From Balanoglossus misakiensis (Eukaryota; Animalia; Hemichordata), in the NCBI GenBank assembly GCA_040954595.2, contig CM082576.2:13209129-13273128 (forward strand): DNA of 64,000 nucleotides, given 5' to 3'. The number at the start of each line of letters is the position of its first letter. The stretch's first letter is position 1. Positions 39,706-50,779 of the stretch are shown piece by piece. Below the pieces are notes generated by a model. That model searched no databases. It saw only the letters and a list, made by a program, of their open reading frames with translations, and had not been told where the DNA came from. A program made the translations under genes and the position numbers.

Positions 39706-41619
39706 ATGATTAGACGGCGAATATTAATGAGGGTGGAAAGTAAAAGTCATACGGATAAACAGCCGTACGAATGCAGAGTTTGTGGAAAATGTTTCCCCTG
39801 GAAATACTCCTTAACACTACACATCAGACTTCATACCCATGAAAAACCATATGAATGCAAAACATGTGGTAAATGTTTCTCCCTGAATGGCAACTTAAAA
39901 GTCCATCAACGAATCCATACCAACGAAAAGTCTTATGAATGCAAAGTATGCGGAAAATGTTTCTCCCAGAAAGGCAACTTAAAAGTCCATCAACGAATCC
40001 ATACCAATGAAAGACCATATGAATGCAAAGTATGTGGAAAGTGTTTCAACCAGAGTTCACATTTCAAACACCATCAGCAGATCCATACCAAGGAAAAACC
40101 ATACGAATGCGAAACGTGTGGTAAATGTTTCTCCCAGGGTTCAAGTTTAAAACGCCATCAACGGCTCCATACGAATGAAAAGCCACATGAATGCGAAACG
40201 TGTGGTAAACGTTTCTCCCACGGATCAAGTTTGAAAGTTCATCAACGAATCCATACCAAGGAAAAGCCGTACGAATGCAGAATTTGTGGTAAATGTGTCT
40301 CCCGGAAAGACTCCTTAACACTACACATGAGACTTCATACCCATGAAAAACCATATGAATGCAAAACGTGTGGTAAATGTTTCTCCCTGAATGGCAACTT
40401 TAAAGTCCATCAACGAATCCATACCAAGGAAAGGCCATTTGAATGCGAGACGTGTGGGAGATGTTTCTCTCAAGGTTCAAGTTTAAGAGTCCATCAAAGA
40501 ATCCATACCAAGGAAGAGCCATATGAATGCGAGACGTGTGGGAGACGTTTCTCCCGGAAAGACTCCTTAACACTACACATGAGGATTCATACCCATGAAA
40601 AACCATATGAATGCAAAACGTGTGGTAAATGTTTCTCCCTGAATGGTAACTTAAAAGTCCATCAACGAATCCATACCAAGGAAAAGCCATTTGAATGCGA
40701 GACGTGTGGAAAATGTTGCTCTGTGGGTTCAAGTTTGAAAGTTCATCAACGAATCCATACCAAGGAAAGGCCATATGAATGCCAAACGTGTGGTAAATGT
40801 TTCTCCCAGGGTTCAAGTTTAAAACGTCATCAACGGCTCCATACGAATGAAAAGCCACATGAATGCGAGACGTGTGGTAAACGTTTCTCCCACGGATCAA
40901 GTTTTAAAGTTCATCAACGAATCCATACCAAGGAAAAGCCATACGAATGCAGAGTTTGTGGAAAATGTTTCCCCTGGAAATATTCCTTAACACTACACAT
41001 GAGACTTCATACCCATGAAAAACCATATGAATGCAAAATGTGTGGTAAATGTTTCTCCCTGAATGGCAACTTAAAAGTCCATCAACTAATCCATACCAAG
41101 GAAAGGCCTTTTAAATGCAAAACGTGTGGTAAACGTTTCTCCCACGGATCAAGTTTGAAAGTTCATCAACGAATCCATACCAAGGAAAGGCCATATGAAT
41201 GCAAAACGTGTGGTAAATGTTTCTCCCTGAATGGCAGCTTAAAAGTCCATCAACGAATTCATACCAAGGAAAGGCCATATGAATGCAAAACGTGTGGTAA
41301 ATGTTTCTCCCTGAATGGCAACTTAAAAGTCCATCAACGAATCCATACCAAGGAAAGGTCATATGAATGCGAAACGTGTGGTAAACGTTTCTCCCACGGA
41401 TCAAGTTTGAAAGTTCATCAACGAATCCATACCAAGGAAAGGCCATATGAATGCAAAACGTGTGGTAAATGTTTCTCCCTGAATGGCAGCTTAAAAGTCC
41501 ATCAACGAATTCATACCAAGGAAAGGCCATATGAATGCAAAACGTGTGGTAAATGTTTCTCCCAGGGTTCAAGTTTAAAACGCCATCAACGGCTCCATAC
41601 GAATGAAAAGCCCACATGA
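39706..41619 (+). CDS. C2H2 zinc-finger array protein, copy 2 (22 fingers, then a frameshift)
   Basis: The ATG equivalent to copy 1 is at 39706, inside ORF 39634-41619. After 22 tandem fingers, out-of-frame finger remnants continue to ~41816. Confidence 0.88.
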   Translation: MIRRRILMRVESKSHTDKQPYECRVCGKCFPWKYSLTLHIRLHTHEKPYECKTCGKCFSLNGNLKVHQRIHTNEKSYECKVCGKCFSQKGNLKVHQRIHTNERPYECKVCGKCFNQSSHFKHHQQIHTKEKPYECETCGKCFSQGSSLKRHQRLHTNEKPHECETCGKRFSHGSSLKVHQRIHTKEKPYECRICGKCVSRKDSLTLHMRLHTHEKPYECKTCGKCFSLNGNFKVHQRIHTKERPFECETCGRCFSQGSSLRVHQRIHTKEEPYECETCGRRFSRKDSLTLHMRIHTHEKPYECKTCGKCFSLNGNLKVHQRIHTKEKPFECETCGKCCSVGSSLKVHQRIHTKERPYECQTCGKCFSQGSSLKRHQRLHTNEKPHECETCGKRFSHGSSFKVHQRIHTKEKPYECRVCGKCFPWKYSLTLHMRLHTHEKPYECKMCGKCFSLNGNLKVHQLIHTKERPFKCKTCGKRFSHGSSLKVHQRIHTKERPYECKTCGKCFSLNGSLKVHQRIHTKERPYECKTCGKCFSLNGNLKVHQRIHTKERSYECETCGKRFSHGSSLKVHQRIHTKERPYECKTCGKCFSLNGSLKVHQRIHTKERPYECKTCGKCFSQGSSLKRHQRLHTNEKPT

Positions 41620-44339
41620 ATATGAGACGTGTGGGAAATGTTTTTTTCCAAAAGGAACACTTGAAAGTCCACCAACGCATCCACCTGAAAGAAAAACCAT
41701 ATGAATGTGTCGTAAAGGTTTCTGCCAGAAGTCGCAATTAAAAAACCATCAACGAATCTATGCCAAATGAAAAAAAAACCATATGTATGTGAAATGTGTG
41801 GTAAATGTTTCTCCCAGAAAAAAATGTGTGCTGTTCTGATTACCCAACCTACCCTAACTTAAGCCCGCCGACCCTAAACTTTATAGAGCTTCGTAAACCG
41901 GAAGTAAAAAATACACAAAATTTATGAAAATTGCAAGAATCACGCAAGAACTATGACGTCATTCTTCTACATGATGGTGGCCAAAGATATATAAAAAATT
42001 GCAAAATAAATAATTTTTTTGTTTATTTTACCATTTTCTGTCAAATATTATTTGCATGGATATATAGAATTATCATTTTCATTTGTTCAAGATGTTTGTT
42101 CTTCTTTCGAAATGTGTTTTACTTTGGTGATTGAAGTAAGATATTGTACAATTTTGGTGATATTTGCATGTATTCGTGTTTTTGCCACTTTTTAAAAATA
42201 TTGATTTCTTTGAAAATGCTTATCGGACTGCTTTGAAATTTGGTAGGAATATTTCTATGGGTAACCCAAGATTTTGTCTTATTGCGTTGGAATTTGCGAT
42301 GCAGGTTCATAAGACATGTAATATGCAGCTTTTATGAAATTCTGATGTTTTCAATATTTAGCGAGTGTTCATTAAAAAGTATAAACTGATATGTTATTTC
42401 TCATGTATTTTGTAGATTATTGTCGAATTATCGTTTCGTGAATATTCCCTAGATTAATGATGTTAATATCTGTAAATTTTAAGAATCAGAATTCTACAAC
42501 GAGACCAGAATGGGTTTTATCATAAAACGAAAGACTGATATTTTACTAAGCGCTAAATATTATTAGGGTGATTCGTTCCCACATCCGAAATGCATGATTA
42601 GCATTGAATTGAGTGTGAGGCCTCATACGACGCTACTTGTAACTATGGTAGTCCTAGTATATGGAAGGTGTATACCCCATCATCGGACTATTATCTGTCA
42701 GTTTACATTTGTTTTACGAACCATTACAGTGACTTGCATATTTGTTGGCAGGTTAAAATGGTTGCACACCAATTCTCCTTTTAATGAGGTTTTGCTACCT
42801 AGGTGAGTGTTAAAAACCTCACATGGTCGACACAATTTCAAGATGGCTGATTTTTGCCATGTTTAAGAAATGGGAGTTCATAAGCTGAAGTGATATTCGG
42901 TCAATCTGATACTTTGTAACAGAAAAAATAACAGAAAGTTATTTATGTATCCAAGTTGGTTTTATTTTGCGTTTTCAGTTGTTGTCTATTGTACAGTATT
43001 TATGTGTGCTTTGTGGAGGTGCTGGTTTTGACCCTGTATGTATTGCCGAGTTGATGTAATAGTGGTAAATGCTGGCACGGGATGTGACTATTGTCAAGGA
43101 AGTTGCATCTGGAAGTCTGGATGACAGTGGTGGAGTGACCGTGCCCAAACTGAGGTGTGAGAACAGTGCTGTGTCAGTAACATTTGTTCATGCTTTGAGA
43201 ATTATGCATAAAGTTTTTTAATTAAAAATTATCGACAACTTGCAATAATGTGTGGAATTTGCAGCTGAGGAAATGGTGAAAAATTTGTTTGACGTGGTTG
43301 ATTTTTTGCAGTCTTACATTTCATCGGCATTCATGTGATACATGTACTTGCAAATATCGTTTTGATGCAGATATTCTTTATTGTACATCCGAGCCAGGAA
43401 AAAGTGCCAAGTATTGAAACAGAACACAGTGATGTTATAAAACGTCTTGTGAATATTACCCCAACCCACCCTCAGTATTTTGAATTACCAGTATAATATC
43501 CACAATGACATGATTACATTGCAAAACAGAAGATGATGTTTTGTTCTATATAACGACTAGATTCTTTCTTGGCAAATAAAATGATACCATGCAATACACA
43601 CAATACAAGTTTCATTTTTTTCCCTGTGGGTTGTAACACACTCAGGGCCAATGATATTACAGTTGTTATTGCTGGAATGTTATTGTTAATGTTGATCATA
43701 CATTGGGGAATTTGTAGCCACGGGGTAACGGGCTCTGACGAGAACATGAGGAGACACATCTCTGAGTCACACTCATTTATTACAGAGAATTATTATAGTA
43801 CAGCAAAGAAGAGAGGATGGGAATGAGCTCAGTAGCCTGAGGTACTCCCATCTCCCATGAGAACAAATAAGTTCTTATCATTACTTTTCTCAATGCATAG
43901 TTAAAGGTGTACAGTAACCTATGCAAATATAGCTACAGTTACCATGGCAAATTGAGATCCAGCCAATCACAGATTTTCAGTGGGTGGCTCATGCGAAAAG
44001 AAGAGCGCCACCATTTGTTCTTTAGAGCACTGAAATGCTCCATAGCCATATATGGGCGTATGTAAATTGGAGGCGACTGTAAACATGTAAAATACTATAT
44101 GTACAATACCAAACATCGCCTCTATGCAAATACTACCAATTTCAAAATACCTTGGAAATTCTTTGTGTTCGAGTGTTACAATAAACGTCTCGCACGATAA
44201 GAAAAACGTCTAAGTTCATGAAACTGAATACATTGTACAGCACTTTGTTTATTTTGCAACAAAGTTACCGTTTCAAACGTTCGTAATCCCACTGTGAGAT
44301 TGTCTGTAGTCTACTCTGAACCTTGTATAAGGATGTTTT

Positions 44340-44540
44340 GCACTGACAACCAAGGAAACTTCGTAATGATGAAGAGCAATATATCGAGTATTTAAAACGA
44401 CAAACTCCTTCGATTTTACACGAAGAAATTCAACAAAAATTGGCGGAATTTTCGCAAGCAGACGTGTCTATACCCACCGTCTGTCGAAACGTCAGAAATC
44501 GTTTGTCCGACAAAACGGGGACTTGGAAAAAATGGCGTGT
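44340..44540 (+). pseudogene. Degraded IS630/Tc1-like transposase N-terminal HTH fragment within a unit-3-specific insertion (~44133-45640)
   Basis: Translates *QPRKLRNDEEQYIEYLKRQTPSILHEEIQQKLAEFSQADVSIPTVCRNVRNRLSDKTGTWKK, resembling the paired-type HTH (PRKL..P....EI...L....VS..T..R). No DDE domain is present. Confidence 0.55.
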
Positions 44541-44628
44541 TGCAAACGACGAGAGTTTAGCGTGTCGAATGCTGCTCTACGAAGCTCGTAGTTACCTTCT
44601 GACCGGGATATTTACGCTTGAACGGACT

Positions 44629-45222
44629 TAGTCTCGGTTACCCAGACTCTCTTACTCTTTCTCTCGTCTCAAGAGGGCGCTGCGGAGAAAGAGAGTCTGG
44701 GATCACTGCACGTTAAATTTTCCGCGAACCGGAAGCATCTTTTAGTAATCGAGCGGTGCACCATGGATCCAATAACAAATCGCAGGGAATAGAGGAATGA
44801 ATCGTGTTGTCGTTGTTTATGATGATAAAAACATTTTAAAAAAATTAATGTGTCATTTCCTGCTACCGTAATCGTGGAAAACACGGCCTAGGTCGCCCAG
44901 CGTCACTCGTGGAAAACATGACCTAGGTCGGCCAACGTCTACGAGTGACGTTGGGCGACCTAGGCCGTGTTTTCCACGATTTCGGTAGCAGGAAATGACA
45001 AATTAATTTTTTTAAAATGTTTTTATCATCATAAACAACGACAACACGATTCATTCCTCTATTCCCTGCGATTTGTTATTGGATCCATGGTGCATCGCTC
45101 GATTACTAAAAGATGCTTCCGGTTCGCGGAAAATTTAACGTGCAGTGATCCCAGACTCTCTTTCTCCGCAGCGCCCTCTTGAGACGAGAGAAAGAGTAAG
45201 AGAGTCTGGGTAACCGAGACTA
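44629..45222. mobile_element. 594-bp near-complete palindromic TIR element (TAG...CTA, 9-bp TSD) nested in the unit-3 insertion
   Basis: GAACGGACT|TAGTCTCGGTTACCCAGACTC...GAGTCTGGGTAACCGAGACTA|GAACGGACT, with inverted arms of ~280 bp. Confidence 0.92.
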
Positions 45223-46987
45223 GAACGGACTGGGTTCCCCCCCCCCCCCCCCCCACTTCAGGTTGGTATATTCCTCTGAAGCAGAGACGTGAATTGCTAG
45301 TTCCGCGGGTTGCAGTGTATCCCGTCTGTTGAACTTTCTTTTAGAAGAATCGACATATTGCAAAGAGAGACGATTGAGATGAGAATTAGCGGTGTAGGAT
45401 AGAGACGACGTACCAAACTGCCATGTTGTATTCTGAATTTGTGTTGTTGAAATAAATACAACGGAGTGAAAGCAAAATATATGAACTCAGCGTGACAGGT
45501 TACTTTGTTTGAAAAATAAGGTCGGCGCGTCATCGCGCCCAGCGGATTTTTTTTTTCAGATCTGGCTTTTCAACGTTTGTTTGGCGTTCACGATTAGTAT
45601 AAATCCATGTTCTTGTTCCGCTATTTCCATAATAAACTATTTCTAATAAACCTATAACTGCATAATAATAATATAAAGTCACTAATTAACAGTCAATGAG
45701 GCAATGTTCTGAGCGCGAAATATGCAGTGCACCCCTTCGTGGATCATCAAATGGTTTAAATTAATGAACTAATTAAAACTAACTTCGTAATAATAAGCAG
45801 TCACTAATTACCACTGTCAGTGAGACTACAATGTTCTGGGAATAAGAAATGTCCCATCATGGTTGGGTTCAGATATGCAGTACACCCCTTCGCGGAATTA
45901 TCGAATGGTTCAACCCAATTCTAGTTTTATATTCTGATTGGCTGATTGTCTACTTCGCGCTCTTTTTACAGATCTTCGTCCACCGCATATGAAAGAGTCG
46001 TCTGTGTTGCGTCGGATAGTCTCACAGAACTGGGTACAGGGGATTTGTCGTCCGCGGATTTGAGGTTAGTGCTGTGTCAAACCACGGTTGCTTGATATCT
46101 GGGGAGTTATGGTCGGCCGGCCTGCTGTGTCACAGAAAATTTTAATGTATGGCCTGGCGTGAGTGCTCTGCAGGACAAAAAGCGATTTTGTATCAGACGA
46201 TGTGCTTGTGTGTCGCGTGGCTGAATGCAGCAGTTTGGTCGCGACGCATATTTACACCAGGAGTCAAACTCTGCACGGAGCACAGGAAAAAATTCAGGGA
46301 CTTCGTAGAAAAAGTTGTCGGTCAGCCTTTTTTTCTTCTGCCTTCCGCATACCCTTACAATGTTAACCTCTTTTGGTGAACTACCGCCTCCAGCTGACCT
46401 ACCTCGCCTTACTAGGTCACCAAAAGAGGACGCATTTTATCATGCATATAATTACTCTGCCATTGTTTATACTGTGCACGAGCAGAGAAGCCTCGGTGTT
46501 CCGATTATCGTATTGGTGAGAGAAAGACAAGAGTTGACAGACAACAAACTTGTCAGTTTCTATCATTTAATTATAACTAAACTTCCCTGAATTTTCCCCT
46601 GTGCACCGGGGGCGTATGAGACAAGTAAGTAAGCTTTTCGGCAAAGGTAATTTTGGCCCCCAGCAGTTTGGTCTGTACACTCTAGAGCAAAGGCAAACGA
46701 TTCCCACTGACTTTAGCCTGATAATAGAAAAGACTTGTCAATGTTCCTTTGGGGGAGTGTAAGCCTAAGAAAGGAATGTGACATTTTTGTTTTTAGTCAT
46801 CACAAATATTCCCCACCCTGAGATTAGAGAAAATGGAGCTTGAGGTTTTTTCCAGACCTCACCATAATGCAGAGTCCATGCTCGTAGACATGATAAATCT
46901 GTAACCGTTTTGTTTTGCAACATTATCAAATTTTCCTGTGTCGGGCAGATAAGCGATCAAATTTCTGAGTGTCGGGACACTACGTGT

Positions 46988-47629
46988 CAGGGTTCTCCCC
47001 AGGAAAAAATCATAGCGTCGGGGCTAATTTGCATGCTAATTTGCATATTAATTTACATAAAATTTACATATAACATTAACTTCTATTTGACATCACTGTG
47101 GCCCCTCAATTATGCAGTCTGCTATCCTGCGTGTAGTGTACAAGTATTCTGCAGACTTGTGGACGCATAGCATGACCTCCAACAAAAGTCTTTTGACAAG
47201 TTTAGATAAGGTGTTGCAAAATGCGTACGCTCACTTGTTGCCATCTGTGGTGCGTGCATGTTACTAGGGCTATGATGCTATTTATAGGACGCCTGTCTAA
47301 AGATAACTGGTGCACTGAATGAAATGGGCAGCAGCGTACTGCTCTTGACAGTGTGCAGAGCTGCTTTGCTTCTAGGGTGATTAAAGCCGTGATTAACACC
47401 GTGAAAGGTGTGAAATGACTCAGTTGTGTTCACTATTCATCAAGAATTGAAAGGAAGTAGCAAGTTATGGTAAAAACAAAAGCGGACATAAGGCAAAAAT
47501 ACGGGAGTTGACAATAACACGTTAGCATAGCGGGCAGACATTATAGCGTCGGGGGGAAAGTCATAGCGTCGGGGCTGTTAGTGATAGCGTCGGGGGCCCC
47601 GACGCTGTTTGGGCCTGGGGAGAACCCTG
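46988..47629. mobile_element. 642-bp hAT-like non-autonomous element with 5-bp TSD, unique to unit 3
   Basis: CGTGT|CAGGGTTCTCCCCAGG...CCTGGGGAGAACCCTG|CGTGT: 16-bp TIR and subterminal ATAGCGTCGGGG repeats. The empty site acactacgtgtatagtg is seen in unit 1 (~33383). Confidence 0.9.
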
Positions 47630-47925
47630 CGTGTATAGTGTTTGGTGTAAAATTCGACCCATGTTGCCCCGCACTCTACCAGGGGAAATCATTGATACGT
47701 GTATAGGACTTATGGCATAAACCCTTGCTTGAGGGTCTATGATAATGGTAATGGATGAGGAGGCTCACTGTATCTGTATGTCATCACTACTTTAATGATA
47801 CATTTACTCCCTTTGCAGTAGTCGAAGAATAACAGTTTGCGATTTGCCAACAAGGATCAAAGACGACGGCACGACGTACCAAAAGAAAGTTTTCAAGATA
47901 TCTAGTTCATAGACACTTACTACAA

Positions 47926-49323
47926 ATGACTAGACGGCGAAGATTAATGAGGGTGGAAAGTAAAAGTCATACGGATGAACAGTCATATGAATGCAGAATA
48001 TGTGGTAAATGTGTCTCCCAGAAAGACTCCTTAACACTACACATGAGGATTCATACCCATGAAAAACCATATGAATGCAAAACGTGTGGTAAATGTTTCT
48101 CCCTGAATGGCAACTTAAAAGTCCATCAACGAATCCATACCAAGGAAAAGCCATTTGAATGTGAGACGTGTGGAAAATGTTGCTCTGTGGGTTCAAGTTT
48201 GAAAGTTCATCAACGAATCCATACCAAGGAAAGGCCATATGAATGCAAAACGTGTGGTAAACATTTCTCCCACGGATCAAGTTTGAAAGTTCATCAACGA
48301 ATCCATACCAAGGAAAAGCCGTACGAATGCAGAGTTTGTGGAAAATGTTTCCCCTGGAAATACTCCTTAACACTACACATGAGACTTCATACCCTTGAAA
48401 AACCATATGAATGCAAAACGTGTGGTAAATGTTTCTCCGTGAATTGCAACTTAAAAGTCCATCAACGAATCCATACCAATGAAAAGCCATATGAATGCAA
48501 AGTATGTGGAAAGTGTTTCCACCTGAGTTCACATTTAAAACGCCATCAGCGGATCCATACCAAGGAAAAACCATATGAATGCGAGACGTGTGGTAAATGT
48601 TTCACCAGGAAAGGCTCCCTAACGGAACACTCGAGAGTTCATACAAAGGAAAAGCCACATGAATGCAAAACGTGTGGGAGATGTTTCTCCCTTGGTTCAA
48701 GCTTAAGAGTTCATCAACGAATCCATACCAAGGAAAAGCCATACGAATGCAGAGTTTGTGGAAAATGTGTCTCCCGGAAAGACTCCTTAACACTACACAT
48801 GAGGATTCATACCCATGAAAAACCATATGAATGCAAAACGTGTGGTAAAAGTTTCTCCCTGAATGGCAACTTAAAAGTCCATCAACGAATCCATACCAAG
48901 GAAAGGCCATTTGAATGCGAGACGTGTGGTAAATGTTTCCCCAAGAGTTCACATTTAAAACGCCATCAGCGGATCCATACCAAGGAAAAGCCATATGAAT
49001 GCGAGACGTGTGGGAGATGTTTCTCTCATGGTTCAAGTTTAAAACGCCATCAACAGCTCCATACCAATGAAAGGCCACATGAATGCGAGACGTGTGGTAA
49101 ATGTTTCCCCAAGAGTTCAAGTTTAAAAGTCCATCAACGAATGCATACCAATGAAAAACTGCATGAATGCGAGACGTGTGGTAAATGTTTCCCCCAGAGT
49201 TCAAATTTAAAAGTCCATCAACGAATCCATACCAATGAAAGGCCACATGACGTGTGGGAAATGTTTTTCCCAAAAGATAAACTTAAAAATCCAACGCATC
49301 CACCTGAAAGTAAAACCATATGA
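47926..49323 (+). CDS. C2H2 zinc-finger array protein, copy 3 (15 fingers, then a frameshifted tail)
   Basis: 465-aa ORF; a small deletion at ~49250 shifts the frame within finger 16. Confidence 0.88.
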   Translation: MTRRRRLMRVESKSHTDEQSYECRICGKCVSQKDSLTLHMRIHTHEKPYECKTCGKCFSLNGNLKVHQRIHTKEKPFECETCGKCCSVGSSLKVHQRIHTKERPYECKTCGKHFSHGSSLKVHQRIHTKEKPYECRVCGKCFPWKYSLTLHMRLHTLEKPYECKTCGKCFSVNCNLKVHQRIHTNEKPYECKVCGKCFHLSSHLKRHQRIHTKEKPYECETCGKCFTRKGSLTEHSRVHTKEKPHECKTCGRCFSLGSSLRVHQRIHTKEKPYECRVCGKCVSRKDSLTLHMRIHTHEKPYECKTCGKSFSLNGNLKVHQRIHTKERPFECETCGKCFPKSSHLKRHQRIHTKEKPYECETCGRCFSHGSSLKRHQQLHTNERPHECETCGKCFPKSSSLKVHQRMHTNEKLHECETCGKCFPQSSNLKVHQRIHTNERPHDVWEMFFPKDKLKNPTHPPESKTI

Positions 49324-50779
49324 ATGCGAGATGGGTGGTAAAGGATTCTGCCAGAAGTCGCTATTAAAAAACCATCAACGAATCTATGCCATGTGAAAAA
49401 AAAAGCCATATGTATGTGAAATGTGTGGTAAATGTTTCTCCCAGAAAAAAATATGTGCTGTTCTGATTACCCGACCTACCCTAACTTTAGCCCGCCGACT
49501 TTTTAGAGCTTCGTAAACCGGAAGTAAAAAATATACAAAATTTATGAAAATTGCAAGAATCACGCAAGAACTATGATGTCATTCTTCTACATGATGGTGG
49601 CCAAAGATATATAAAAAAATTGCAAAATAAATAATATTTTTGTTTATTTTACAATTTTCTGTCCAATATCATTTGCATGGATGAATTATCGTTTTCATTT
49701 GTACAAGATGTTCGTTCTTCTTTCAAAATGTGTTTTACTTTGGTGATTGAAGTAAGATATTGTACAATTTTGGTGATATACATGTATTCCTGTTTTTGCC
49801 ACTTTTTAAAAATATTGATTTCTTTGAAAATGCTTATCGGATTTCTTTGAAATTTGGTAGGAATATTTCTATGGGTAACCCAAGATTTTGTCTTATTGCG
49901 TTGGAATTTGCGATGCAGGTTCATAAGACATGTAATATGCAGCTTTTATGAAATTCTGATGTGTTCAATATTTAGCAAGTGTTCATTAAAAAATATAAAC
50001 TGATATGTTATTTCTCATTATTTTGTAGATTATTGTCAAACTACCGTTACGTGAATATTTCCCTGATTATTGATGTTAATATCTGTAAATTTTAAGAATC
50101 AGAATTCTACAACGAGACAAGAATGGGTTTTATCATAAAACGAAAGACTGATATTTTACTAAACGCTAAACATTATTTGGATGATTCGTTCCCCCATCCG
50201 AAATGCATGATTAGCATTGAATTGAGTGTGAGAAGGCCTCATACGACGCTACTTGTAACTACGGTAGTCCTAGTATATGCAAGGTGTATACCCCATCATC
50301 GGACTATTATCTGTCAGTTTACATTTGTTTTACGAACCATTACAGTGACTTGCATATTTGTTGGCAGGTTAAAATGGTTGGTGAGTTTTAAAAACCTCAC
50401 ATGGTCGATACAATTTCAAGATGGCCGATTTTTGCCATGTTTAAGAAATGGGAGTTCATAAGCTGAAGTGATATTCGGTCAATCTGATACTTTGTAACAG
50501 AAAAAATAACAGAAAGTGGAAAAAGTTGATTGACTTTAATATGTCAACTACTTTTTTATCATTTTAATGTTTACATATAAGCATTTTCATTGATTTGCAA
50601 TTTTATTGTTCACTTCAACCAATCACTGATAAAGAGACCTAGCTAACATTTCCCATTACAGAACCAAATGGGATCTTCATGCACGTGTTGAACGATAACC
50701 ATCGCTATCGGCGCTACTGTAAATGTCAAAACGCAATTTTCTGGTAATACATGTATAAATTGCAAGAGTAGTTCTTCCG

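Larger units (their letters stand above)
30503..50517 (+). repeat. Head-to-tail tandem triplication: unit 1 30503-36489, unit 2 36490-42940, unit 3 42941-50517
   Basis: Each unit starts atttatgtatccaagt and ends ...cagaaagt, with near-identical non-coding flanks in the same order. Junctions 1/2 and 2/3 are identical (cagaaagtt|atttatgtatcc). Confidence 0.95.

Noticed and set aside
38589-45182. Identical ORF pairs on opposite strands (38589/38943; 44669/44967)
   Set aside because: They are by-products of long terminal inverted repeats in non-coding MITEs.
33740-49250. Regular 84-bp repeats with variable inserts resembling a CRISPR array
   Set aside because: They are coding zinc-finger repeats in a eukaryotic gene; there are no cas genes or unique spacers.
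33662-49409. Long minus-strand ORFs with repeated HMAFPWYG motifs
   Set aside because: They are antisense shadows of the C2H2 arrays.
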